Notes under the pieces: model-generated | What the model was told of the DNA's origin: nothing | Database searches by the model: none | The model's input: the letters and a program-made list of their open reading frames with translations, nothing else | Program-made: the position numbers and the translations under genes | Shown: positions 1 through 9,481 of the stretch, piece by piece | How positions within the stretch are numbered: position 1 is the stretch's first letter | How the letters are laid out: every line of letters starts with the position of its first letter | Virus record (IMG/VR): IMGVR_UViG_3300021431_000039 | Reading direction: 5' to 3' (one strand) | From: a virus | Length of the DNA: 40,906 nt

Positions 1-127
1 GGAAAGATAATCATGAAGAAGTTTATTGAAGCATTAAAGGAAGCAGGAATTTATGACCAAATTGTTGAAGTAATCGTGGATGTCAGAAGTAAATATGGTG
101 CATATGATGCAACCAAAGCAATCACAA
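1..127. repeat. Terminal direct repeat, copy A (identical to 40780-40906)
   Basis: Base-by-base comparison: ggaaagataatcatgaagaag...caaagcaatcacaa is present at both ends. The stop codon of the 609-aa ORF falls at 8-10. Confidence 0.95.
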
Positions 128-414
128 TGATTCTGAAAATGGAAATGATTAGAAATCATAAGTTGCTTGAGGTCTTCATGGATGATGTTAGAGACTTAGG
201 TTTCAAGACAGTTGGTGCAGAAATCATGAAATCAGTTGTGGATGTTGAAAAGGTTGATGCACTTAAAGATGTCAATCCTGATAAATTGTTCAAGAAAGCA
301 ACAGAAAATGGTGACAGTGAATTGAATAAATCTAATGAAGAAGCACCTAAAGATGCTGTTGTTGATAGTCTTATTGATTTACTTAATGTATTTGTAAATG
401 GGTTAAAGAATTAA
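13..414 (+). CDS. Hypothetical early protein (133 aa)
   Basis: ATG 5 nt after the upstream stop. Long ORF in the dominant + orientation. No motif recognised. Confidence 0.6.
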   Translation: MKKFIEALKEAGIYDQIVEVIVDVRSKYGAYDATKAITMILKMEMIRNHKLLEVFMDDVRDLGFKTVGAEIMKSVVDVEKVDALKDVNPDKLFKKATENGDSELNKSNEEAPKDAVVDSLIDLLNVFVNGLKN

Positions 415-437
415 GAAAGGTTAAAAAGGTGAATGAA

Positions 438-902
438 ATGAGTATTTTTGATAAATGGGACAAGAATGTGGACACAGAAGGACTTCAGAAAGATATTGCT
501 GAAGTAGAAGCAAATGGTGGTCAGGGTGACTATCGTGAAGTGCCTGTTGGTACATATGAAGTTAAAATTGACAAGATGGAAATCAAGGAATGTGGTTCAG
601 AAAAACATGCAGGTGAACCAATGTTCACAGTTCAGTTCAGAATCCTTGAAGGTGACTTTGAAAACAGTTGCTTATTCATGAATCAGCTTATCACAGAAGG
701 ATGGCAGATTGGACAGGTCAACAAGTTCCTTAGAAGTCTTGATGTCAATGACATAGTGGAATTCAAAACATATGGTCAGTACAATGACATGATCATGGAC
801 ATGATGGAATCTATTGATGGAAGTCTTGAATTCCTGCTTGAATATGGCAAGAACAAGAAAGGATATAACACATTCAGAATCAAAGATGTGTATGAAGTAT
901 AA
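438..902 (+). CDS. DUF669-like phage protein (possible ssDNA-binding accessory of the replication/recombination module)
   Basis: ATG at 438 lies 6 nt after AAAAGGTG (the track start GTG 429 sits inside the RBS). Position between the ATPase and the polymerase, and the N-terminal pattern (...YREVPVGTYEVKI...), resemble DUF669. Confidence 0.5.
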   Translation: MSIFDKWDKNVDTEGLQKDIAEVEANGGQGDYREVPVGTYEVKIDKMEIKECGSEKHAGEPMFTVQFRILEGDFENSCLFMNQLITEGWQIGQVNKFLRSLDVNDIVEFKTYGQYNDMIMDMMESIDGSLEFLLEYGKNKKGYNTFRIKDVYEV

Positions 903-921
903 AGAAAAGTAGGTGAATCTG

Positions 922-2739
922 ATGCTGTTCTTTGACTTTGAAGTATTTATCAAGGATTGGCTTGTGGTCATTCTTGATATGGATAACAGAAAAGAACATG
1001 TCATCATCAATTCACCTTCTGACCTTAAACAATTCTATCAGGAACACAAAACAGACATATGGGTTGGATTTAACAATCATCATTATGATGATTACATCCT
1101 GAAAGGAATCCTTTGCGATATGAATCCAAAGGAAATCAATGACCACATTATCATCAAAGAAAAAGCAGGTTGGACATTTTCAAATCTGTTCAGGTCAATT
1201 CCATTACTATCATATGATGTGTTCCAAACAAAGATTGACAGGGGACTGAAGTTCTTTGAAGGAAGTCTTGGGAACATGGTGAAGGAATCATCTATTCCAT
1301 TTGATATTCCAAGAAAACTGACTGAAAAAGAGCTTCAGGAAACTGTTAAATATTGTAGACATGATGTGGAACAGACTGTTGAAGTATTCATGCAAAGGAA
1401 AGCAGACTTTGATGCAATCATGTCATTGATAAAAATGTTTCCTGAAGTCTTATCTATCAGGGACATTAGACTAACTAAGGCACAAATTAGTGCAAAGATT
1501 TTGGAATGTGAAAAGGTCACAAGGGATGATGAATTTGACCTGTTTGTGCTTCCTTGCATACAAATTAAGAAATACAAAAAAGCAATAGACTTCTATATGT
1601 CAATGAAAGGAAAAACCAATCAAAAAGAAGTTTATTCAGAATCATTGAACATGATTATAGCAGGGATTGAACACAACATTAGTTGGGGTGGAATCCATGC
1701 AGGAAAAGAAAAATATCAGAATCTTGGACATGGTAGGCAGATATGGCATATTGATGTTGCTTCTTTCTACCCAAGACTGATGATATTTCATAATCTGCTT
1801 ACAAGAAACAGCAGGAAACCTGAAAAGTTCAAGATGATTTATGACAGAAGAATTGAACTGAAACATGCAGGTAAAAAGAAAGAACAAGCACCATTGAAGA
1901 TTGTCATCAATGGAACTTATGGAATCAGCAAAGCAATACATTCTTTAGCATATGACCCAAGAAATGCAAATCTTATCTGCCTGAATGGTCAGTTGATGCT
2001 GATTGACCTGATAGAGCATTTAGAAGCAATTGATGGATTTGAATTAATTCAGTCAAATACAGATGGTTTGATTATCAGTCTTCCTGATACAGATGAAGCA
2101 TTCAATCAGATGGATGATATTTGTTATGAGTGGGAAAAGCGTTGCAACATGGAATTGGAATTTGATGAAATCAGTTCTATTTGGGAAAAGGATGTCAACA
2201 ATTATGTGTTCATCTTTAGCAATGGCAATGTAGAAAGAAAAGGTGCTTATGTGAAAGAACTGTCAGCACTTGACTATGACCTTCCAATCATAAACAAAGC
2301 ATTAGTTGACAGATTAGTCAAGGGAATCCCAATCGAAGCAACTATCAATGGATGTCAAGACCTAAAGGAATTTCAGATGATCAAGAAGATATCATCAAAG
2401 TATGAATGCATTATGCATGGTGGACATTGGGAAAAACACAAAGCAATCAATCCTGCAACAGGCAAGTTGAAGACATTCACTAGGTTTGTTGGTAGCACCA
2501 AGAAACTGAATGAAAAATGTGTCAGAGTCTTTGCATCAGTAAATGAATCTGATGGTGGACTTTGGAAAATTAAAAAAGATGGTAGCAAAGCAAAGGTTGA
2601 AGGAACACCTGAACACTGCTTTATTTTTAATGATGAAGTGAATGGTGTCAAAGTTCCAAGAAAATTAAACAAGCAGTGGTATATAAACACAGCTTATGAC
2701 AGATTGTCAGGTTTTGGAATTTGTGAAGGAAGAAGGTGA
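922..2739 (+). CDS. Family B DNA polymerase with 3'-5' exonuclease domain
   Basis: Exo motifs FDFEV, NHHYDDYIL and YCRHDVEQT. Pol motifs DVASFYP (A), KIVINGTYG (B) and SNTDGL (C). ATG 922 follows the AGGTGA RBS; alternative start GTG 913. Confidence 0.85.
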   Translation: MLFFDFEVFIKDWLVVILDMDNRKEHVIINSPSDLKQFYQEHKTDIWVGFNNHHYDDYILKGILCDMNPKEINDHIIIKEKAGWTFSNLFRSIPLLSYDVFQTKIDRGLKFFEGSLGNMVKESSIPFDIPRKLTEKELQETVKYCRHDVEQTVEVFMQRKADFDAIMSLIKMFPEVLSIRDIRLTKAQISAKILECEKVTRDDEFDLFVLPCIQIKKYKKAIDFYMSMKGKTNQKEVYSESLNMIIAGIEHNISWGGIHAGKEKYQNLGHGRQIWHIDVASFYPRLMIFHNLLTRNSRKPEKFKMIYDRRIELKHAGKKKEQAPLKIVINGTYGISKAIHSLAYDPRNANLICLNGQLMLIDLIEHLEAIDGFELIQSNTDGLIISLPDTDEAFNQMDDICYEWEKRCNMELEFDEISSIWEKDVNNYVFIFSNGNVERKGAYVKELSALDYDLPIINKALVDRLVKGIPIEATINGCQDLKEFQMIKKISSKYECIMHGGHWEKHKAINPATGKLKTFTRFVGSTKKLNEKCVRVFASVNESDGGLWKIKKDGSKAKVEGTPEHCFIFNDEVNGVKVPRKLNKQWYINTAYDRLSGFGICEGRR

Positions 2740-2766
2740 AATTGATTGGATTGGAAAGGAAACAGC

Positions 2767-4650
2767 ATGGTTTTCAAAGGCTATGCGACAGGCACAGGAA
2801 AGAAAGCAACCATGAAGGTCAAGGATGCACAGCTTCTTTCATGGGATGATGTTCAAGGGAATCAGTCATTTGGTGCAATTCTGAATCATGATTTTGTTGA
2901 TATTTCATTTGATACTGATGAACTGTCACAGAAGTTTTGGGATATGGCAGAAGAGAATAACTGGAATTGTTTGATTCTTGAAAATCCTGAAAATGGACAC
3001 ATTCACAGTTATTGGAAGGACACAGAACACAGGATTGAAAAGGGTGGAAAGGATAAAAAACTAGCAGTTGGATTGATTGCAGATATTCATTCAGGATCAA
3101 CATACATACCATTAAGAGTCAATGGTGTTGATAGATTTCCACCATCTTTTGAACCTGATGACATTGATGAAGTTCCTGATGAATTGATTCCTGTGAATAC
3201 AACCATCAATCTTGCAGACTTGCAAGAAGGGGATGGAAGGAATGATGAATTGTTCAAATACATCCTGATTCTTCAGTCACAGCTTATGTTGGACAGAGAA
3301 CCAATAAAAAGGGTGTTAGATAATATCAATCACTTTATCTTTCAGGATGCGTTATCAGAAGAAGAAATGGATGTCATCACAAGGGATGATGCATTTGCAA
3401 AACCAATCTTCTATAAAGGAAAAATGTTCTTGCACAATGCTTTTGGTCAATACATGAAAAATGAATATCACATCAAAAGAATTCAGGGACAGCTTCATGT
3501 GTATGATGGTGGGATTTATAAATCAGGTTACAGGTTTATTGAATCCAAGATGGTTGAATTGATTCCAACACTGAAAGCAAATCATAGGGTGGAAACCCTA
3601 AAGTATTTGGAAATCATCACACCTGAAGAAACACAGGTTGCAGATGCAAATCTGATTGCATTCAGGAATGGTCTTTATGACTTAGCAACAGATGAACTTC
3701 TTCCATTCAGTCCTGATCATGTTATTACAAACATGATTCCTTGGGACTATAACCCTGAAGCGTACAGTGAATTGTGTGATAAGACCTTGAACAAAATATC
3801 CTGTCAGGATGATGAAATCAGGGCATTGCTTGAAGAATGTATTGGATATTGCTTCTTTAGACAAAATGAATTATCCAAGTCATTTTTCCTGACAGGTTCA
3901 GGAAGTAATGGTAAATCAACATTTTTGGATATGGTGAAGAATGTACTTGGAAGACAAAACTATGTGTCATTGGATATGGATGAACTTGGTGAACGATTCA
4001 GTACAACAACCATGTTTGAAAAACTTGCAAATATTGGTGATGATATCAGTGATGAATTCCTTCAAGGAAAAACACTTGCACAGTTCAAGAAGATTGTCAG
4101 TGGAAATGATATCAAGGCAGAAAATAAAGGTCAGGATGCATATTTCTTCAAACCAACAGTCAAGCTGTTATTCAGTGCAAATGAAATTCCAAGAATGAGA
4201 AACAAAGGATTTGAAGCGATCAAAAGAAGACTTGTCATCATTCCATTCAATGCTAAATTTAACAAGAATGATGATGACTTTGATGCAGGGATCACTTGGA
4301 AGCTGAAAAAACAGGATGTTGCAGAATACCTGATAAAACTTGGTATTGAAGGATTGAAAAGAGTTCTGACAAATCAGGGATTCACAGAATCACAGAAGGT
4401 AAAGGATGAAGTTGACAACTTTGAAAAAGACAACAATCCAATTCTTCTATTCTTGGAAACAGTGGAAGAAGATGAAATTCTGAACCATGAAACCAAAGAA
4501 GTATTTGCAAGGTATGACACATTCTGTAATGAAAATGGATTCACAAGAATTGCAATGCAGACTTTCACCAAGGAAATCAAAAAACATCTTGGATGTGACA
4601 GGAAGGATGTCAGACTGAATGGCAGAAAGGCAATAATTTTTATTAAGTAG
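2767..4650 (+). CDS. Primase-helicase (N-terminal prim-pol-like domain plus D5/P4-type SF3 helicase)
   Basis: Walker A GSGSNGKST, Walker B-like IGDDIS, and typical P4/D5 C-terminal organisation. ATG 2767 follows GGAAAGGAAAC; alternative start TTG 2746. Confidence 0.85.
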   Translation: MVFKGYATGTGKKATMKVKDAQLLSWDDVQGNQSFGAILNHDFVDISFDTDELSQKFWDMAEENNWNCLILENPENGHIHSYWKDTEHRIEKGGKDKKLAVGLIADIHSGSTYIPLRVNGVDRFPPSFEPDDIDEVPDELIPVNTTINLADLQEGDGRNDELFKYILILQSQLMLDREPIKRVLDNINHFIFQDALSEEEMDVITRDDAFAKPIFYKGKMFLHNAFGQYMKNEYHIKRIQGQLHVYDGGIYKSGYRFIESKMVELIPTLKANHRVETLKYLEIITPEETQVADANLIAFRNGLYDLATDELLPFSPDHVITNMIPWDYNPEAYSELCDKTLNKISCQDDEIRALLEECIGYCFFRQNELSKSFFLTGSGSNGKSTFLDMVKNVLGRQNYVSLDMDELGERFSTTTMFEKLANIGDDISDEFLQGKTLAQFKKIVSGNDIKAENKGQDAYFFKPTVKLLFSANEIPRMRNKGFEAIKRRLVIIPFNAKFNKNDDDFDAGITWKLKKQDVAEYLIKLGIEGLKRVLTNQGFTESQKVKDEVDNFEKDNNPILLFLETVEEDEILNHETKEVFARYDTFCNENGFTRIAMQTFTKEIKKHLGCDRKDVRLNGRKAIIFIK

Positions 4651-4655
4651 AAAGG

Positions 4656-5132
4656 ATGAAAGAAATGTTTTTCGATAAAATTCAAGTAAAAATTTTAAAG
4701 AATGCAGTGAAAAGAGATTTGTCAATAGGAAAAGGTGGTTTCAATTACAGATATGGTTATTTCAATGACAATATTGTTGTCACAGATAGTCATTGTCGTG
4801 CAATGTATTTGATTCCTAAAGATAAATTTTATTTGAATCTTGAAACTGTATTCAAGAAAGATGAAATAAAATTTGAAAAGATACTGAAGACTGAATGTGA
4901 AGCAACTGATTTAATTTTCACAAATGACATCAAACAGATAGAAAATTTAATGGTGAATGTTTTAATGAATGGGGATGAAGCTATTTATTTAGATTCCAAG
5001 TTGTTGAATACATTCAAATCTAAATATAGAACTTTGGCATATAAAGGAACGAACGCAAAATCACCTGTATTTATTTATGATGCTAAAGATAAAACACTTC
5101 TTGGTCTTATATTACCTGTGATAATCAATTAG
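4656..5132 (+). CDS. Hypothetical protein (158 aa) with weak sliding-clamp-domain-like motifs
   Basis: GAAAGG RBS then ATG. VVTDSHCRAMYL and the C-terminal GLILPVII faintly resemble the ATDGHRLA and MPxR motifs of DnaN domains. Motif-level only. Confidence 0.55.
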   Translation: MKEMFFDKIQVKILKNAVKRDLSIGKGGFNYRYGYFNDNIVVTDSHCRAMYLIPKDKFYLNLETVFKKDEIKFEKILKTECEATDLIFTNDIKQIENLMVNVLMNGDEAIYLDSKLLNTFKSKYRTLAYKGTNAKSPVFIYDAKDKTLLGLILPVIIN

Positions 5133-5145
5133 GAAAGGATGATGG

Positions 5146-5418
5146 ATGATGGAATTACATGAAGAAACAGATGATCAGTTATCATTTGCAGAAGATGTTG
5201 TCAATCATCCATCCCACTATTGTCAGGATGGTGGAATGGAATGTATTGATGAAATGATAGCAGTCTTTGGAAAAACAGCAACTATACACTTTTGCCTTTT
5301 GAATGTATGGAAGTACAGAAAAAGGGCAGTGTTCAAGAATGGTGCTGAAGATATGAAGAAAGCTGATTGGTACATGAAGAAGTATATGGAACTTAGTAGA
5401 AAGACGGTGAACTACTGA
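5146..5418 (+). CDS. DUF3310-family phage protein
   Basis: NHPSHY motif near the N-terminus, about 90 aa, typical context in phage replication modules. Confidence 0.7.
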   Translation: MMELHEETDDQLSFAEDVVNHPSHYCQDGGMECIDEMIAVFGKTATIHFCLLNVWKYRKRAVFKNGAEDMKKADWYMKKYMELSRKTVNY

Positions 5419-5912
5419 TGAATTATCATAATATTACAAAAGATGATATGAACAATGGTGATGGTTTGCGTGTTGTTCTTTGGGTAGCAGGATGCAGTCA
5501 CCATTGTAAAGGTTGTCAGAACCCTGTGACATGGAATCCTGATGATGGTATTGAATTTGATATCAGAGCAAAGAATGAAATCTTCAAGGAACTGAAAAAA
5601 AAGCACATTGCAGGAATCACATTTAGCGGTGGTGACCCTTTATTTTCAACCAACAAGGGGACAGTTTTCAGTCTGTGTCAGGAAATCAAAAAGATGTTTC
5701 CAACTAAGACCATCTGGATTTATACAGGCTATGATTGGGAAGATATAAAAAACGAACCATTGATGAAATATATTGATATTTTAGTAGATGGAAAATTCAT
5801 TGAAGAATTGAAGGATGTCAATTATCCTTGGGCAGGTTCTATCAATCAAATGGTAATTGATGTTCAGGAATCATTAAAAGAAAAGAAGGTGATTTTACAT
5901 GAAAGTAATTAA
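5418..5912 (+). CDS. nrdG: Anaerobic ribonucleotide reductase activating protein (radical SAM)
   Basis: CSHHCKGCQNP (CxxxCxxC) cluster motif. About 160 aa. Overlaps and precedes nrdD. Confidence 0.9.
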   Translation: MNYHNITKDDMNNGDGLRVVLWVAGCSHHCKGCQNPVTWNPDDGIEFDIRAKNEIFKELKKKHIAGITFSGGDPLFSTNKGTVFSLCQEIKKMFPTKTIWIYTGYDWEDIKNEPLMKYIDILVDGKFIEELKDVNYPWAGSINQMVIDVQESLKEKKVILHESN

Positions 5913-8019
5913 GAAAGATGGAACACTTGAAGACTACAATTTTATAAAGATTAAAAATGCAGTCACAAAATCTGCAAAAAGAGTCATGATTGACCTTGAT
6001 GATGAAGCATTTGACAGACTAAAAGACATTGTTGAATTAAAACTGTCATTGCTGAACACAGAACTGATTCCAATTGCAGACATGCACAATGTTGTGGAAG
6101 AATCATTGGAACAGTTTGATCCAAGAATTGCAAAATCTTATAAAGATTATCGCAACTATAAAAAGGATTTTGTTCATATGATGGACAAGGTATATCAGAA
6201 ATCACAGTCCATCAGATTCATTGGTGATAAAGAGAATGCAAACACTGACAGCACATTGGTAGCAACTAAAAGATGCTTAATATTCAATGAGCTAAATAAA
6301 AGACTGTACAGAAAGTTTTTTATGACACAGGAAGAACTTCAAGCATGTAAGGATGGTTATATCTATGTGCATGACCAATCAGCAAGATTGGACACAATGA
6401 ACTGTTGTCTGTGTGATGTGGCTTCAATTATGTCAGGTGGTTTTGAGATGGGTAACGTTTGGTATAACGAACCCAAAACACTTGATACAGCATTTGATGT
6501 TATGGGTGATATCATCCTTTCAACAGCATCACAACAATATGGTGGATTCACAGTTCCTGAAGTAGACAAGATTCTTGCACCTTATGCTGAAAAGTCATTC
6601 AAGAAATATATTAATGAATATCTGAACATCACTGTAGGTGATCATAAAAATGCAGAATGTTGGGCAAGAAGCAAAGTTAAAAGAGACTTTGAACAGGGGT
6701 TTCAAGGAATAGAAATGAAGCTGAACACAGTTGGTTCAAGCAGAGGTGATTATCCATTTGTCACAATGACGTTTGGTCTTGCAACAGACGAATTTGGAAA
6801 GATGGCATCCATCACATTCCTTGAAGTTCATGCAAAGGGACAGGGCAAGGAAGGAAACAAAAAGCCTGTGTTGTTTCCTAAGTTGGTATTTTTGTATGAT
6901 GAAAATCTGCATGGTGAAGGATGCATCAATGAAGATGTCTTTGAAGCAGGGATTGAATGCAGTTCCAAAACAATGTACCCTGATTGGTTATCACTGACAG
7001 GTGAAGGATATGTTGCTTCCATGTATAAGAAATATGGAAGGGTTGTTTCCCCTATGGGATGTAGGGCATTCTTATCACCTTGGTATGAAAAAGGTGGAAT
7101 GCAACCTGCTGATGAATCAGACAAACCTGTGTTTGTTGGAAGATTCAATATTGGTGCAGTCAGTCTTCATCTTCCAATGATTCTTGCAAAGTCAAGACAG
7201 GAAAATAAAGACTTCTATGAAGTCCTTGATTATTACCTGAATATGATTAGGAAAATCCATCAAAGAACCTATGACTATCTTGGTGAAATGAAAGCATCAA
7301 CCAATCCTATCCAATACTGTGAAGGTGGTTTCTATGGTGGGCATCTGAAACCTTCAGACAAAATCAAACCATTGCTGAAACCAATGACAGCATCTTTTGG
7401 AATTACAGCATTGAATGAACTTCAGGAACTTTACAATGGGAAATCCCTTGTGGAAGATGGACAGTTTGCATTGGATGTTCTGAAGTATATCAATGACAAG
7501 GTGAATGAATTCAAGGAAGAAGATGGTTGGTTGTATGCGATCTATGGAACACCTGCTGAATCACTTTGTGGTCTTCAGATTGAACAGTTCAGAAAAATGT
7601 ATGGTGTGATTGAAAATGTATCTGACAGACCTTATGTTTCAAACAGTTTCCATTGTCATGTGACTGAAAATATTACACCAATTCAGAAGCAGGATTTAGA
7701 AGGTAGATTTTGGGATTTATGCAATGGTGGGAAAATCCAATATGTTAGATATCCAATCAGCTACAACAAAGATGCAATCAGGACATTAGTCAGAAGGGCA
7801 ATGGATAAAGGTTTCTATGAAGGTGTGAACTTGTCACTTGCATATTGTGATGACTGTGGACATCAGGAACTTGAAATGGATGTGTGTCCTGTGTGTGGTT
7901 CAACGAACCTGACAAAGATTGACAGAATGAATGGTTATTTATCATATAGCAGGGTACATGGTGATACAAGATTGAACAGTGCCAAAATGGCAGAAATTAA
8001 AGAAAGGAAATCAATGTAA
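5899..8019 (+). CDS. nrdD: Anaerobic (class III) ribonucleoside-triphosphate reductase
   Basis: N-terminal ATP-cone-like segment, C-terminal zinc ribbon CDDCGH...CPVCGS and glycyl-radical motif RMNGYLS. 706 aa. Confidence 0.9.
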   Translation: MKVIKKDGTLEDYNFIKIKNAVTKSAKRVMIDLDDEAFDRLKDIVELKLSLLNTELIPIADMHNVVEESLEQFDPRIAKSYKDYRNYKKDFVHMMDKVYQKSQSIRFIGDKENANTDSTLVATKRCLIFNELNKRLYRKFFMTQEELQACKDGYIYVHDQSARLDTMNCCLCDVASIMSGGFEMGNVWYNEPKTLDTAFDVMGDIILSTASQQYGGFTVPEVDKILAPYAEKSFKKYINEYLNITVGDHKNAECWARSKVKRDFEQGFQGIEMKLNTVGSSRGDYPFVTMTFGLATDEFGKMASITFLEVHAKGQGKEGNKKPVLFPKLVFLYDENLHGEGCINEDVFEAGIECSSKTMYPDWLSLTGEGYVASMYKKYGRVVSPMGCRAFLSPWYEKGGMQPADESDKPVFVGRFNIGAVSLHLPMILAKSRQENKDFYEVLDYYLNMIRKIHQRTYDYLGEMKASTNPIQYCEGGFYGGHLKPSDKIKPLLKPMTASFGITALNELQELYNGKSLVEDGQFALDVLKYINDKVNEFKEEDGWLYAIYGTPAESLCGLQIEQFRKMYGVIENVSDRPYVSNSFHCHVTENITPIQKQDLEGRFWDLCNGGKIQYVRYPISYNKDAIRTLVRRAMDKGFYEGVNLSLAYCDDCGHQELEMDVCPVCGSTNLTKIDRMNGYLSYSRVHGDTRLNSAKMAEIKERKSM

Positions 8020-8021
8020 TT

Positions 8022-8357
8022 ATGAACGGAAAAGAATATCAGAAATTAGCAATGAGAACATGCAGTATTCCATATGACAACAATAAAGGAAGATTGCATC
8101 ATGCAGTGTTTGGACTTACTTCAGAAGCAGGTGAAGTTGCAGGAATCCTTCAGAAGGTATATCAGGGACATGGATTTGACAAAGATCATATCAAGAAAGA
8201 ACTTGGTGACTGTCTTTGGATGATTGCTGAAGCATGTGAAGCACTTGACCTTGATATGGATGATGTGATGCAGACAAACATTGATAAGCTGAAAGCAAGA
8301 TATCCTGAAGGGTTTAGTGCTGACAGGTCACTTCACAGAAAAGAAGGTGACATTTAA
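8022..8357 (+). CDS. mazG: MazG-like nucleotide pyrophosphohydrolase
   Basis: EAGEVAG...ELGDCLW...DLD pattern of the all-alpha NTP-PPase fold; about 110 aa. Confidence 0.8.
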   Translation: MNGKEYQKLAMRTCSIPYDNNKGRLHHAVFGLTSEAGEVAGILQKVYQGHGFDKDHIKKELGDCLWMIAEACEALDLDMDDVMQTNIDKLKARYPEGFSADRSLHRKEGDI

Positions 8358-8485
8358 TGCTCTTAAAATTAGCATTTATCTTCATTATTTGGGGGATTTA
8401 TGGTGATTTAGAAAAGAAAAGTGATGAAATATCTTTATTTTGTATGATTTTATTAAGTTTTTTAATACTTTTTAGTTAGGAGAAT
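8357..8485 (+). CDS. Possible small membrane protein (42 aa, two hydrophobic segments)
   Basis: Hand translation gives MLLKLAFIFIIWGIYGDLEKKSDEISLFCMILLSFLILFS. The ATG overlaps the mazG stop (TAATG). Absent from the ORF track because it is under 60 aa. Confidence 0.3.
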
Positions 8486-8488
8486 AAC

Positions 8489-9163
8489 ATGTTAAAATGT
8501 GAAATTTTAGATATACAAGGTTTTCAACCTGCTATTCATGGGATGAGAAATCCCATGAATAGTTGGGATAAGTCGGACAGTTTTAATTGTAAAATCTATG
8601 GAGAAGATTGTGATTTATGTAAATACAATTACCTTCAATGTTCCAACTATTATATTGGTGATAATGACCTCAATCTGATGAAACGCTTGTACAAAGCAGG
8701 AACAGAACACAGAAAATATGACAGAATGATTCAGGTATGGATGGATATTGAAGCACCGTTATATTGGTGGAAAGAATTTGACACATACAAGATTGGAACT
8801 GTTGCAAATAGTTGTTCTACCATGCATAGGATCCATGCAAAAGCATTCACACTGGATGACTTTAGCCATGAGCATCTATACACTGACACATTATCTCCAC
8901 ACTGTCCAACGGAGATGTTAAAAGAACAAATTGATGCACTTAACTTCTGGAGATTTAGATACTTAGAGACGAAAGACAAACGAGACTGGTGGCAGATGAT
9001 TCAGCTTCTTCCATCATCATACAATCAGAAACGAACAGTCATGATGAACTATGAAGTGATTGCAAGAATCATTGAACAAAGGTCACATCATAAGTTGGAT
9101 GAATGGCATCAGCTTATTGATGTTCTTAGTGGTCTTCCTTACATGAAGGAATTGATGAAATAA
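8489..9163 (+). CDS. Divergent ThyX-like (flavin-dependent thymidylate synthase fold) protein; canonical RHR-x7-S motif not evident
   Basis: AGGAG RBS. The layout GMRNPMNSW...GTEHRKY...IEAPLYWWKEFDTYKIG...NSCSTMHRI parallels ThyX blocks, but the catalytic Arg/Ser positions appear substituted. Confidence 0.35.
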   Translation: MLKCEILDIQGFQPAIHGMRNPMNSWDKSDSFNCKIYGEDCDLCKYNYLQCSNYYIGDNDLNLMKRLYKAGTEHRKYDRMIQVWMDIEAPLYWWKEFDTYKIGTVANSCSTMHRIHAKAFTLDDFSHEHLYTDTLSPHCPTEMLKEQIDALNFWRFRYLETKDKRDWWQMIQLLPSSYNQKRTVMMNYEVIARIIEQRSHHKLDEWHQLIDVLSGLPYMKELMK

Positions 9164-9460
9164 CTGTTCTTGGTTGTTCTTGGTGCTATGAATTATGACA
9201 CCACCAAGAACAGCACACAGCAGTGGTTGAAGGGTGTGCAAGAACAACAAAGAACACTAGCAAGAACAGTAAAAAACCTTTATTTATAAGGGTTTCAAGA
9301 CTTTTGTTCTTGGTGTTCTTGGTGTTCTTGGTACTTTTCATTTTTAAATAAAAATAGTAATTTTATCAATATTTACTATGTATTTATGTGATTTTAGGTG
9401 AAAAAAAATAAATAAATATATATATATAGTAGTGTTTTAGCAAGAACACCAAGAACACAA
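9164..9460. repeat. Iteron locus 1: GTTCTTGGT 9-mers (fwd 9166, 9176, 9306, 9315, 9324; rev ACCAAGAAC 9203, 9448; degenerate rev 9239, 9249, 9261, 9440) around an AT-rich spacer of about 107 bp
   Basis: Direct reading. Three perfect tandem forward copies at 9306-9332 face reverse copies at 9440-9456 across 9333-9439. Confidence 0.9.
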
Positions 9461-9481
9461 AAGGCAGGCGGTGATGAAAAA

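Noticed and set aside
9164-9214. Hairpin formed by the iteron copies (9174-9185 / 9201-9214) as a terminator of the early operon
   Set aside because: An 11-bp stem is possible, but it is not followed by a T-run (CACACAGCAG follows). It is more likely a consequence of the inverted iterons.
9164-9460. Possible CRISPR array suggested by the repeated GTTCTTGGT units (also at 33599-33743)
   Set aside because: The units are only 9 bp, directly abut each other without spacers, occur in both orientations, and no cas genes are present.
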